Part shown: in pieces, positions 38,147-47,034 of the stretch
Position numbering within the stretch: position 1 is the first letter of the stretch
How the letters are laid out: the number at the start of each line of letters is the position of its first letter
Origin: an uncultured delta proteobacterium
GTDB taxonomy: Bacteria; Desulfobacterota; Desulfobacteria; Desulfobacterales; B30-G6
Assembly: GCA_963823335.1 (NCBI GenBank)
Contig: CAWGLD010000001.1
Span: 512,001-576,000 of the forward strand
Direction: 5' to 3'
DNA length: 64,000 nucleotides
The notes under the pieces: generated by a model
Database searches by the model: none
What the model was told of the DNA's origin: nothing
Seen by the model: only the letters and a program-made list of their open reading frames with translations
Position numbers and translations under genes: made by a program

Positions 38147-40071
38147 GCAACCCCTTCCATTGTGTAAAACAACATTTCAGCCTCCACGGTCGTGGTCTGG
38201 CCATCCTGGTATTGGAAATCAGCTTCGACTTGCTTTTTGTGGACGCTCTCATCGTAAAGCGCTTCGTAGAGGTCCTTGTATTTTTCCATGACAAATTTCC
38301 GTCGTATTTTTCCGGTTTTGGTCAGCTCACCGTCATCCATGTCCAGCAGTTTGTACAAAACAGCGAAGCGTTTGATCCTGAAATGGTCTTTTTCCGCCCG
38401 TGCGTTGACGTCGGCCACCGCTTCTTTAAGTAGTTCCGCGACCTCCGGTTTGCCGGAAAGATCCATGTAGGTGGTGAAGGATATGCCCCGATCTTCGGCC
38501 CATTTACCCACCACAATGGGGTCGACATTGACCAGCGCCGCCACATAATCCCGTTGGTTCCCGAAAATAACCGCCTCCTTGATATAAGGGCTGAATTTGA
38601 GTTTGTTTTCCAGGAACATGGGGCTGAACATCTCGCCTTTGCTGTTGTGCATCACATCGGATACCCGGTCGATGACCACCAGATGACCGTTCTCGTCGAT
38701 ATATCCGGCATCCCCCGAGTGCATCCATCCGTCATGCAGCAACTCATCGGTTTTTTCGTCCTGCTTGAAATATCCCTTACACACCGAAGGCGAGCGCGAC
38801 AGAATCTCGCCTGCTTCGCTTATTTTGCACTCGGTTTCAGGCAAGGGCTTACCCACCGTATCCGGACGGACATCCCCGTCCCTGTGCATATAGGCAATGC
38901 CGACAATCTCCGTCTGTCCGTAGATCTGTTTCAGGTTAACACCGATAGCCTGGTAAAAGGTGAACAGCTCGGGACCCAGTGCTGCACCACCGGTGTAGGC
39001 CCTGCGCAGCCTGCTCAGACCGATCTGGTTGATCAACGGGTCCGTTACCAGGATCTTTCCCAGCCAGGCCATGAAACGCAGGGATGCGGGCATTTTTTCC
39101 CCGCGCATCCGGTATTGGGCCGCTTTCTCCCCGATCCTGATAAACTTGTTGTAGGCCAAACGGTTGAGCCAGTAGGATTCGTCTATTTTCAGCCAGATCT
39201 GCGAACGTATGGTTTCGTATATCCTAGGTGCGCCAAACATGAAATGGGGTCCGACCTCCTTGAGGTCCTCCATACTGGTTTCCACCGATTCCGGAAAGTT
39301 GATGGTGATGCCGGTGGCCATGGCCACACCAAAAGAGTTCATTTGCTCACCGATCCAGGCAAAGGGCAAAAAAGAAACATATTCGTCGGTATCTTCCAGG
39401 CGATCGACCTTGGAAAGTTGAATCCCCATATTGATGTAGTTTCTGTGGGTCATCATAGATGCCTTGGGCAGACCGGTGGTACCCGAGGTCAAGCAGAAAT
39501 GACACACGTCTTCCGGGTTTCCCTGCTCGATCATGGCCTCATATTTTTCGGGCTGCTCTGCGTGAATTTCTGCGCCCATTTCGTAGAGATCTTTTATGAG
39601 TAGAAACCAGTCATCGGACCGATAGCTGCGCATGCCACGCGGATCTTCGTAGATGACTTTCCGCACCCGGGGGATACGCTCGCGGATATCAACCAGTTTA
39701 TCTACCTGCTCCTGATCGTCGCAAAAAACGGCCGTGACGTCCATATAGTTGATCAAATCGGCTATTTCATCGGGCAGAGTGGTTTGATATATTCCGGCCG
39801 AGACCGCGCCCAGGGACTGGGCACCAATGGCCATGAACAACATTTCCGGGATATTGTCCCCTATCAGGGCTAGTTTGTCGCCTTTCTTGACACCCACTTT
39901 TTCTAGCCCCAGGGCAATCTTCCTTACGTATTCGTAATAGTCGTTCCAGGTGTAGTTATTCCAGTATCCGAAATCCTTTTCGCGCAAAGCGACTTTCGTC
40001 CCGGTCTCTTTGACCCGCCAGCGTAATAGCTGGGGAATAGTGAGTTCTAATAACTGATTATTGTCTTTCAT
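38143..40071 (-). CDS. Long-chain acyl-CoA synthetase embedded in the ABC operon
   Basis: TSGTTGLPK, YGQTE, GWMHSGDAG, ELTKTGKIRR. Confidence 0.92.
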   Translation of the reverse strand: MKDNNQLLELTIPQLLRWRVKETGTKVALREKDFGYWNNYTWNDYYEYVRKIALGLEKVGVKKGDKLALIGDNIPEMLFMAIGAQSLGAVSAGIYQTTLPDEIADLINYMDVTAVFCDDQEQVDKLVDIRERIPRVRKVIYEDPRGMRSYRSDDWFLLIKDLYEMGAEIHAEQPEKYEAMIEQGNPEDVCHFCLTSGTTGLPKASMMTHRNYINMGIQLSKVDRLEDTDEYVSFLPFAWIGEQMNSFGVAMATGITINFPESVETSMEDLKEVGPHFMFGAPRIYETIRSQIWLKIDESYWLNRLAYNKFIRIGEKAAQYRMRGEKMPASLRFMAWLGKILVTDPLINQIGLSRLRRAYTGGAALGPELFTFYQAIGVNLKQIYGQTEIVGIAYMHRDGDVRPDTVGKPLPETECKISEAGEILSRSPSVCKGYFKQDEKTDELLHDGWMHSGDAGYIDENGHLVVIDRVSDVMHNSKGEMFSPMFLENKLKFSPYIKEAVIFGNQRDYVAALVNVDPIVVGKWAEDRGISFTTYMDLSGKPEVAELLKEAVADVNARAEKDHFRIKRFAVLYKLLDMDDGELTKTGKIRRKFVMEKYKDLYEALYDESVHKKQVEADFQYQDGQTTTVEAEMLFYTMEGVA

Positions 40072-40077
40072 ACCGGT

Positions 40078-40839
40078 CTAATCTTCTCCAATGTAGGCTT
40101 CGACAACCTTGGGAATTTTCACTACTTCTTCCGGTGTTCCAGAGCCGATCAGCTCACCGAAATCGAGCACATAGATACGGTCCGATATGTCCATGACCAC
40201 ACCCAGATCGTGCTCCACCAGAATAACCGTGGCGTTTCGCTCCTTCTGTATATCGATGATGAACCGCACCATATCCTCTTTTTCTTCGATATTCATGCCT
40301 GCCATGGGTTCGTCAAGTAGAAGCAGCTCCGGGGCCAGGGTGAGGGCGCGGGCGACTTCGACCCGCTTTTGAATCCCGTAACTGAGGTTCCCCACCGTAT
40401 GTTTTCGATAAGGCTCCAATTCCATAAAATCGATAACCTCTTCCACATACGCCCGGTTCTTCGATTCTTCTCTGGAGGTTTTTCCGAGAAAGACCATAGC
40501 CTGCAGAAGGTTGTATTTCAATTTTTGATGCCTGGCCAGCATCAGGTTGTCCAGCACCGTCATACCCCTGAACAATTCGAGGTTTTGAAAAGCGCGGGCA
40601 ATGCCCATGCTTGATACCTGATGCGGACTGGCCTTTGAAAGACTTTTATCCCGGTAATGAATGTCACCTGACGTGGGGTGATAAAACCCGGAGATACAAT
40701 TGAGCAGGCTGGTTTTTCCGGCACCGTTGGGCCCGATGATGGAGGTGATCAGGCCCGGCTCGATATCCATGCTCACATTGGAAAGCGCTGCCAACCCACC
40801 AAAGGTGAGTGTAATGTCCTCAATTTTTAATCTGGCCAT
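40078..40839 (-). CDS. Liv-type ABC transporter ATP-binding protein (LivG-like)
   Basis: GPNGAGKT, LSYGIQKRVE, DEPMAGMN, VEHD. Confidence 0.93.
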   Translation of the reverse strand: MARLKIEDITLTFGGLAALSNVSMDIEPGLITSIIGPNGAGKTSLLNCISGFYHPTSGDIHYRDKSLSKASPHQVSSMGIARAFQNLELFRGMTVLDNLMLARHQKLKYNLLQAMVFLGKTSREESKNRAYVEEVIDFMELEPYRKHTVGNLSYGIQKRVEVARALTLAPELLLLDEPMAGMNIEEKEDMVRFIIDIQKERNATVILVEHDLGVVMDISDRIYVLDFGELIGSGTPEEVVKIPKVVEAYIGED

Positions 40840-40964
40840 AACTAAATAGTGTTCGCTTGTTAATAGGATTACATGAAAATAAAAAAAATCCGAAAGCAGG
40901 CATAACGGTTGTGATCTGTTTCAGATCCTTTTCAGCGACAATGCTGAGTTGTTGCATTTATAAT

Positions 40965-40979
40965 ATGAACAAAGTTCAT
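40965..40979. promoter_or_regulatory. Palindromic candidate operator upstream of the fatty-acid ABC operon
   Basis: ATGAAC-AAA-GTTCAT in an AT-rich promoter region. Confidence 0.4.
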
Positions 40980-41172
40980 TTACAAGGTGAAATTTATAGC
41001 CAAAGCCGCATATAAGGTCAAGTGGCTAATTTACTTTCATTGCATTTTATGACATGCCCGAAGATAATCTTTGGACGGGCAAACCTGTCACGCAGCTGCT
41101 AATGCAATAATTGTGACTACTTTATAGCTATGTTCTAATTTTTGTCAAACAAAATAAAATCGTTACCCAATT

Positions 41173-41823
41173 TTAAAGAATGACCACCTTTTTGACATAA
41201 TTGACGATCTCTTCAGGCTCGTCCATAATCTGAAAAATCTCCATATCCTTCGACGAAACCCGATTGTCTGCAAGAAGCCGGTTCTCGATCCATTCCTTCA
41301 TACCACCCCAGTAATCACTGCCCACCAGAATGATGGGAAGCGGCCGGATCCGGTGGGTTTGAACCAGGGTCACGACTTCGAACAATTCATCGAGAGTTCC
41401 AAATCCTCCGGGCATGGCAATAAAGGCGGTAGCATATTTTATGAACATGACCTTTCGAATGAAAAAATACTTGAATTCGAGTTTCACATTCGCATATTCA
41501 TTCGGTTTCTGCTCAAAGGGCAGATGGATGTTGAGACCCGCCGAAGTGCCACCGGCCGCCGCCGCGCCCTTGTTTGCCGCCTCCATGACCCCGCCGCCGC
41601 CGCCCGTGATGACGGCAAACTTGTTTTCCGCAAACAGACCGGCTATTTTTTCTGTTTTACAATAAATGGGATCCTCCGGGGCAACCCTGGCGGACCCGAA
41701 GATACTCACCGCCGGCCCCAGATCGTGGAGAGCTTCGACGCCATCCACAAATTCCCCCATAATCTTGAAAAGACGCCACGATTCTCCAAGTTTAAAATCA
41801 TCGATAACAAATTGTTTTTCCAT
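41173..41823 (-). CDS. LOG family protein (Rossmann-fold nucleotide phosphoribohydrolase)
   Basis: FGSAR, TGGGGGVMEAAN, PGGFGTLDE. Confidence 0.92.
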   Translation of the reverse strand: MEKQFVIDDFKLGESWRLFKIMGEFVDGVEALHDLGPAVSIFGSARVAPEDPIYCKTEKIAGLFAENKFAVITGGGGGVMEAANKGAAAAGGTSAGLNIHLPFEQKPNEYANVKLEFKYFFIRKVMFIKYATAFIAMPGGFGTLDELFEVVTLVQTHRIRPLPIILVGSDYWGGMKEWIENRLLADNRVSSKDMEIFQIMDEPEEIVNYVKKVVIL

Positions 41824-41909
41824 TATTTAATTCCTCTATTTAGTTCCTCGAACTTTCTTCAGTTTTTTAGGGGTTTAGACTGTAGACTCAATGCCGTTAA
41901 CTTAATGAT

Positions 41910-41970
41910 GTAGCGCAGAGCTTCAGCTCTGCCCGTACACCGTTATAGCAGGCCTAAAGACCTGCGCTAC
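41910..41970. repeat. REP doublet of the GTAG family
   Basis: GTAG-CGCAGAGCTTCAGCTCTGC ... GCAGGCCTAAAGACCTGCG-CTAC. Confidence 0.75.
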
Positions 41971-42009
41971 ATTGCGTGGAGCCGGGTACCACCTTAAATC
42001 AATGACCTT

Positions 42010-42115
42010 GACTGTAGACTATAAGGTGCGTCCGCCCCTCTCCAACCCTTGTATCACCCTCAAACCCTCTTATCACCCTTGTATCCCCCTCAAACCCTTC
42101 ACTTCTCCAACCCTG
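42010..42115 (-). repeat. G-rich (sense-strand) 8-mer tract plus 7-mers downstream of the selenoprotein gene
   Basis: Plus strand CCAACCCTTGTATCACCCTCAAACCCTCTTATCACCCTTGTATCCCCCTCAAACCC. Confidence 0.75.
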
Positions 42116-42121
42116 GTCTCT

Positions 42122-42138
42122 CCCGGCCGCCCGCCGGG
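42122..42138 (-). promoter_or_regulatory. Candidate SECIS hairpin for the C-terminal UGA (lies in the 3' UTR)
   Basis: CCCGGC-GGGCG-GCCGGG, starting 13 nt after the UGA at 42154-42152. Confidence 0.65.
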
Positions 42139-42142
42139 TGGT

Positions 42143-42370
42143 TTAAATCTTTCACCCTTTCCCGTTGTAACCGATAACCACCTTTCCCTGATCGACGATC
42201 ACCGGGACCTTTCGGCCACCCTTTGAATATACAAGCATGCTATTCATCTGTGCCTTGTCCGACAGTACGTCGTGATACTCAACATATCGACCCGCCTTTT
42301 CAAAAGCTTCCCGAGCTTCGGTGGTATAGGGTCAGGTATTTTTCCCGAAAATAATAACTTTTTCTGACAT
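42143..42370 (-). CDS. Glutaredoxin-like selenoprotein with two Sec residues (UXX-star-type), 75 aa
   Basis: AGGAGG RBS; MSEKVIIFGKNTUPYTTEAREAFEKAGRYVEYHDVLSDKAQMNSMLVYSKGGRKVPVIVDQGKVVIGYNGKGUKI*; TGA at codons 13 and 73; absent from the ORF track. Confidence 0.85.
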
Positions 42371-42505
42371 GGGGCCTCCTTGTTGGATAAACATCATATC
42401 CGAAAGAACGGGCACAATTTAGATGCGAATATCTTGTAAACTCAGACAATTATCACAGGAAATATTTTATTAACAGTAAATCCGGCGAATGTCAACGATT
42501 GCGGA

Positions 42506-42534
42506 TTGACAATTGCGCGATGAATTGGTTAAAT
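42506..42534 (+). promoter_or_regulatory. Putative sigma70 promoter of ptsH-ptsI-smpB
   Basis: TTGACA-N17-TTAAAT with extended -10 TG. Confidence 0.5.
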
Positions 42535-42642
42535 CGGGCGCCTAATAATCAGGCCGTTAGACTGTGGACTTTTAGGCTGCCAGGCTGTAGACTGTCAGCC
42601 ACCTACGGCCTGTTTACCTATAGCCTAATAGACTAATATGTC

Positions 42643-42924
42643 ATGAGAAATACCGGAAAGGCGTTTTCAAAAGATGTCACCGTGGTCAATGATCTGGGAC
42701 TACATGCAAGATCTGCTGCAAAAATTGCCGAACTTGCCAGGGCTGCGACCTCGAAAATCTGGGTGCAAAAAAACGAGAAGAGAGCCGATGCCAGAAGTAT
42801 TTTGGACCTTCTGACACTGGCATGTGACAAAGGATCAAAACTGACCATCGTAATTAATGACAGATCGGACATGCAGACCCTGAACCACATTGTCGAACTC
42901 GTAAAAAATGGATTTGGAGAATAA
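42643..42924 (+). CDS. ptsH: Phosphocarrier protein HPr
   Basis: GLHAR (His15) and DARSIL (Ser46 region). Confidence 0.93.
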   Translation: MRNTGKAFSKDVTVVNDLGLHARSAAKIAELARAATSKIWVQKNEKRADARSILDLLTLACDKGSKLTIVINDRSDMQTLNHIVELVKNGFGE

Positions 42925-42930
42925 AACCGG

Positions 42931-44700
42931 ATGTTGGATAACAAGGAACATAAGGAGATTGTATTAACCGGAATCAGCGCCTCTCCCGGAATTTGCATCG
43001 GCAAGGCATACCTGGTGAATCGGGAAGGCGTGGATGTCATCAAGCGATATCAAATCCTTAATTCAGGTCTTCAAAATGAGAAGAACCGCTTTAAAAAGGC
43101 GGTTAAAGAGGCCAAGTCCGAGCTCAATGATATCATCGCCAATATCCCCGAAGACCTGAGTCAGCATTCCGATATTCTCAAATCCCATATGCTGCTCCTG
43201 AAGGACAAAATGCTCTTCGATCGGACCCTCGATACCATCGACCAGGAACGGGTGAACGCGGAATGGGCTCTCAAGAAAGTCGTCTCCGGTGTTATGGCCA
43301 TGTTCCAGGATATTTCCGACCCGTACCTGAAAGACAGGTCGAGCGATGTGGAGCATGTCTCGGAACGCATTATGCTGCACCTGGCAGGGGTCAACTCGGT
43401 CAAAATCGCCGACATTGATAAACGCGTCATACTCGTGGCCCACGATCTTTCCCCTGCCCAGACCAGCCAGATCAATCTTGAGCGTATCAAGGGATTCGTA
43501 ACGGTTCGGGGCGGTATCACCTCCCACACCAGCATTGTTGCCCGAACCCTGGGAATTCCCGCCGTCCAGGGGGTTGCGGATGCTAAAACCCAGATACACA
43601 CGGATGATATCATCATCGTAGACGGCTCACTGGGACGTGTTGTTATCAACCCTTCCGAACAGACCCTGGTTACACATGAAGAACGCCAGGCGCGATTTGA
43701 ATCTTTTCGGGCCAGCATTGCCAGAATCAGCCACCGGCCAGCTGAAACCACCGACGGGCTTCGCATCCGGGTGATGGGCAACATCGAACAACCCGAGCAG
43801 GTGGTATCGGTTATGGATAACGGCGGTGAGGGTATCGGTTTATATCGGACCGAATTTCAATACCTCGCTCTCACAAGATTTCCGAACGAAGATGAGCTGT
43901 TCGACAAGTACCGGGATGTGGTGGAGGTCATGCCTTCGGCACCGGTGACCATCCGGACCCTAGACATTAACGGCGACAAGGCTGTCCACAAGTCAACCTT
44001 GGTGGAATCCAATCCCGCATTGGGGATGCGGGCTATCCGCTACTGCCTGCAGCGTCCGGAAGTCTTTCAAACCCAATTGAGGGCCATCTTGAGGGCCGCG
44101 GCCTTTGGAGATGTGCGGGTCCTTTTTCCCATGATATCCACCTACGAAGAACTCATGGCATCCAAGAGAATGCTGAGCCAAGCCATGGAGACCCTCGACA
44201 AGTCGGGTATTGAATTCAACCGCGATGTTTCCCTGGGCGTGATGATCGAAGTGCCGTCCCTGGCGATCATGGCGGACAGAATCGCCCCTGAAGTCGATTT
44301 TTTCAGCATCGGCACCAACGATCTGATCCAGTATACCATGGCTGTCGACAGGACTAACAAGAATGTGGCCCATCTATACAACCCCCTTCATCCCGCAATT
44401 CTACGGTTGCTGAAGTTTGTTTCCGATGCCGCCAAGGATCACAATGTCCAACTTTTCATGTGTGGCGAAATGGCCGGGGATCCATTCAATCTCCCCATTC
44501 TGATGGGTCTGGGTATTGATGAATTGAGCATGAATCCACAGGCCATTCCCATGGCCAAGAATGTCATCCGAGCACTCTCTGCCGCTGAAACCCGACCGTT
44601 TTTAGATACCGTTCTCATGCAGACCACCGCCGAAGACGTTGAGAAACTTGTTCGTGAAGCATACGGAGACATCATAACCCAGGCAACATCACCGGAATAG
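42931..44700 (+). CDS. ptsI: PTS enzyme I (PEP-protein phosphotransferase)
   Basis: GGITSHTSIVAR, GIGLYRTEF, SIGTNDLIQY, CGEMAG. Confidence 0.95.
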   Translation: MLDNKEHKEIVLTGISASPGICIGKAYLVNREGVDVIKRYQILNSGLQNEKNRFKKAVKEAKSELNDIIANIPEDLSQHSDILKSHMLLLKDKMLFDRTLDTIDQERVNAEWALKKVVSGVMAMFQDISDPYLKDRSSDVEHVSERIMLHLAGVNSVKIADIDKRVILVAHDLSPAQTSQINLERIKGFVTVRGGITSHTSIVARTLGIPAVQGVADAKTQIHTDDIIIVDGSLGRVVINPSEQTLVTHEERQARFESFRASIARISHRPAETTDGLRIRVMGNIEQPEQVVSVMDNGGEGIGLYRTEFQYLALTRFPNEDELFDKYRDVVEVMPSAPVTIRTLDINGDKAVHKSTLVESNPALGMRAIRYCLQRPEVFQTQLRAILRAAAFGDVRVLFPMISTYEELMASKRMLSQAMETLDKSGIEFNRDVSLGVMIEVPSLAIMADRIAPEVDFFSIGTNDLIQYTMAVDRTNKNVAHLYNPLHPAILRLLKFVSDAAKDHNVQLFMCGEMAGDPFNLPILMGLGIDELSMNPQAIPMAKNVIRALSAAETRPFLDTVLMQTTAEDVEKLVREAYGDIITQATSPE

Positions 44701-44828
44701 GGGGAAGGGTATGAAGGGACCGAGGGTCCAGGGTTCGAGGGTGATACAAGGGTTGGAGAGTGGCTGAGGGCAGTGAGCGAAAGGCACCTAATCGTCTACA
44801 GTCTAAACCGCTAAAAGGCTAACCAGGG
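44701..44828 (+). repeat. G-rich 8-mer tract, conserved core and 7-mer tail between ptsI and smpB
   Basis: 44744-44828 matches 47998-48082 at 80 of 85 positions (manual alignment). Confidence 0.88.
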
Positions 44829-44840
44829 AGTTGACCGTCA

Positions 44841-45302
44841 ATGAATCAGGGTCATATAAAAAAGATCGCAGAAAACCGAAAAGCGCGTTACGATTTTCAT
44901 ATCGAAGATACCTATGAGGCCGGAATTGTACTGCTCGGGACTGAAGTTAAATCCCTCCGAACAGGCCGGGCCAACCTGAAAGACTCTTACGCCAAGGTTA
45001 CCAATGGGGAGGTGTTCGCACACCAGATTCACATCGGCGCTTATCCCTTCGCCTACTACGACAACCACGACCCTTTGAGGGTTAGAAAACTTCTTTTGAA
45101 AAATCATGAAATCAAACGGCTCTACGCAAAAGTCAACGAGAAGGGATATTCTCTGATACCCTTGAGCCTCTACTTCAAGGACGGCAAGGCCAAGATGACC
45201 CTGGCCCTGGCAAAAGGCAAACGCAAGTACGACAAACGGGAATCCATCAGAAGCCGAGATGAAAAAAGAGATCTGGATCGTCAGAGAAAAGAGTACAAAT
45301 AA
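44841..45302 (+). CDS. smpB: SsrA-binding protein
   Basis: NRKARYDF, EAGIVLLGTEVKSLR, RKLLL, KGKRKYDKRE. Confidence 0.97.
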   Translation: MNQGHIKKIAENRKARYDFHIEDTYEAGIVLLGTEVKSLRTGRANLKDSYAKVTNGEVFAHQIHIGAYPFAYYDNHDPLRVRKLLLKNHEIKRLYAKVNEKGYSLIPLSLYFKDGKAKMTLALAKGKRKYDKRESIRSRDEKRDLDRQRKEYK

Positions 45303-45355
45303 AATCGCTGTGCGACTTTATTTGCGAATGCGTTCAGAGTAGATGGAGTACTCTC

Positions 45356-45733
45356 ATGTCACTGAAAAAAACACCGAACACATCCAACAACCGTGACCGG
45401 ATTGTTGCGGAAGCCCGTCGCGAACAGGCGCGTCGAGAAAAAAGCTACCGGGAACGGGCGCTCAAGATGTTCCCCTGGATATGTGGTCGTTGCGGTCGTG
45501 AATTTTCCGGACAGCGTGTTCGAGAACTGACCGTGCATCACAAGGATCACGACCACGACAACAACCCGCCGGATGGGAGCAACTGGGAACTGCTCTGCAT
45601 CTACTGCCACGACAACGAACACTCACGGGACCAGGTGGCAGAGTGGTACCAACAGACCCCTGCGGATGACGAGTCGTCTCCGGTGGTCGGCCACAAGCCC
45701 TTTGCCGGTCTTGCCGATCTTTTAAAAAAATAA
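45356..45733 (+). CDS. yajD: YajD-family HNH nuclease
   Basis: YRERALK.FPWICGRCGREF...LTVHHKDHDHDNNPPDGSNWELLCIYCHDNEH. Confidence 0.88.
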   Translation: MSLKKTPNTSNNRDRIVAEARREQARREKSYRERALKMFPWICGRCGREFSGQRVRELTVHHKDHDHDNNPPDGSNWELLCIYCHDNEHSRDQVAEWYQQTPADDESSPVVGHKPFAGLADLLKK

Positions 45734-45785
45734 TACCAGTATAAAATCGGGTAAGATCCTCTTTTCCCGAACACAAGGACTTGCA

Positions 45786-46994
45786 ATGAACAACCCGCCT
45801 GCAGTAGCCGTTGTCGGTACATTTGATTCAAAGGGAGAAGAACATCTGTTCCTCAAGAACCGTATTGAAGAATTGGGGCTCCAGGTGTTGACCGTAAATG
45901 TCGGGACCAGAGAACCCATTCCCTTCGAAGTATCCCATGACCTGTATGCGTCCATGAAAAAGGATGCGACACTGGATGACAGTAACCGGGACAAAGCCAT
46001 TCAGGGAATGATCCATGGAGGCATACAGTTAATAAAACAACTGTATCGCGATGGTAAAATCCAGGCCATGATATCCGCCGGCGGTGGCAGTGGAACGCAC
46101 CTCTGTTCCAGTATCATGCGCGAACTCCCTATCGGGGTTCCAAAGGTGATGGTTTCAACCGTTGCCTCTCGAGACATGAAGCACACTGTCGGCACCAAAG
46201 ACATCACCATGATGCACAGCGTGGTGGACCTGCTGGGGGTGAACAGCATTTCCGGAATTATTCTGGACAAGGCCGCAGCAGCCGTTTGCGGCATGACCAT
46301 GAGTCAATGGCGGCCTGCTAAAGACAAAAGACGTATTGCACTCTCATTTTTCGGCTTCATCACAAAATCGGCCGAAGCAGTTAAAAAGGCCCTGGAGGGC
46401 ATGGGCTATGAAGTGATTCCCTTTCATGCCAATGGCACCGGCGGTATGGCCATGGAGGAGCTGGCCGCAGAAGGATATTTTGACGGCATTCTCGATCTGG
46501 CAACCCATGAACTGGCCGATGCGTTGATGGGTGGCTACTGCAGCGGCATCGGGCCCGGGCGTTTCGAGCCGTCTGCGGGGAAAAATATTCCCCGGCTGAT
46601 CACACCGGGAGGTCTTGACTGTGCCGTGCTCGAATTTACTCGCCAGCATGTTCCCGAAGAATACAGGAACCGCAAGGTATTTTATTATGACTTCAGATCC
46701 GCCATTCGCCTCACCCTCGAAGAGAGCCGGGTACTGGCTGAACAGCTGTCTGACAGACTGAACAAGGACGTGAAAAATGTTCATGTCCTGGTTCCCACCC
46801 AAGGATGGTCCGAAGCAGACCAGCAGGACGGACCGCTGTATGACCCTGAAACAAATGCATATCTGGTTAAAATTTTCAAAGAAAAACTGGACAAACGCAT
46901 TCAGCTTCAGGAAATCGACATGCACATCAATGATCCTGGTTTTGCTCAAATTGCGGCCAATGTAATGGATCAGATGGTCAAAGAGCGCAGCTAA
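45786..46994 (+). CDS. Tm-1-like ATP-binding domain protein (UPF0261), paralog 1
   Basis: GTFDSKGEE, GGGSGT, LPIGVPKVMVSTVAS, FHANGTGGMAMEEL, HINDPGFA. Confidence 0.88.
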   Translation: MNNPPAVAVVGTFDSKGEEHLFLKNRIEELGLQVLTVNVGTREPIPFEVSHDLYASMKKDATLDDSNRDKAIQGMIHGGIQLIKQLYRDGKIQAMISAGGGSGTHLCSSIMRELPIGVPKVMVSTVASRDMKHTVGTKDITMMHSVVDLLGVNSISGIILDKAAAAVCGMTMSQWRPAKDKRRIALSFFGFITKSAEAVKKALEGMGYEVIPFHANGTGGMAMEELAAEGYFDGILDLATHELADALMGGYCSGIGPGRFEPSAGKNIPRLITPGGLDCAVLEFTRQHVPEEYRNRKVFYYDFRSAIRLTLEESRVLAEQLSDRLNKDVKNVHVLVPTQGWSEADQQDGPLYDPETNAYLVKIFKEKLDKRIQLQEIDMHINDPGFAQIAANVMDQMVKERS

Positions 46995-47034
46995 ATGTCT
47001 AACTCCGAATATCAAAAGCGGAGATCTTCCAAAA

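Noticed and set aside
42643-44700. Functional link between PTS HPr/EI and the adjacent Pps/Tm-1 cluster
   Set aside because: ptsH-ptsI-smpB looks like a housekeeping block; adjacency alone is not evidence.
44701-45360. tmRNA (ssrA) or integration site next to smpB
   Set aside because: No tRNA-like ends, tag reading frame, integrase or att repeat recognised.
45356-45733. HNH nuclease as a defence or mobile-element gene
   Set aside because: It matches the widespread chromosomal YajD family, with no defence context.
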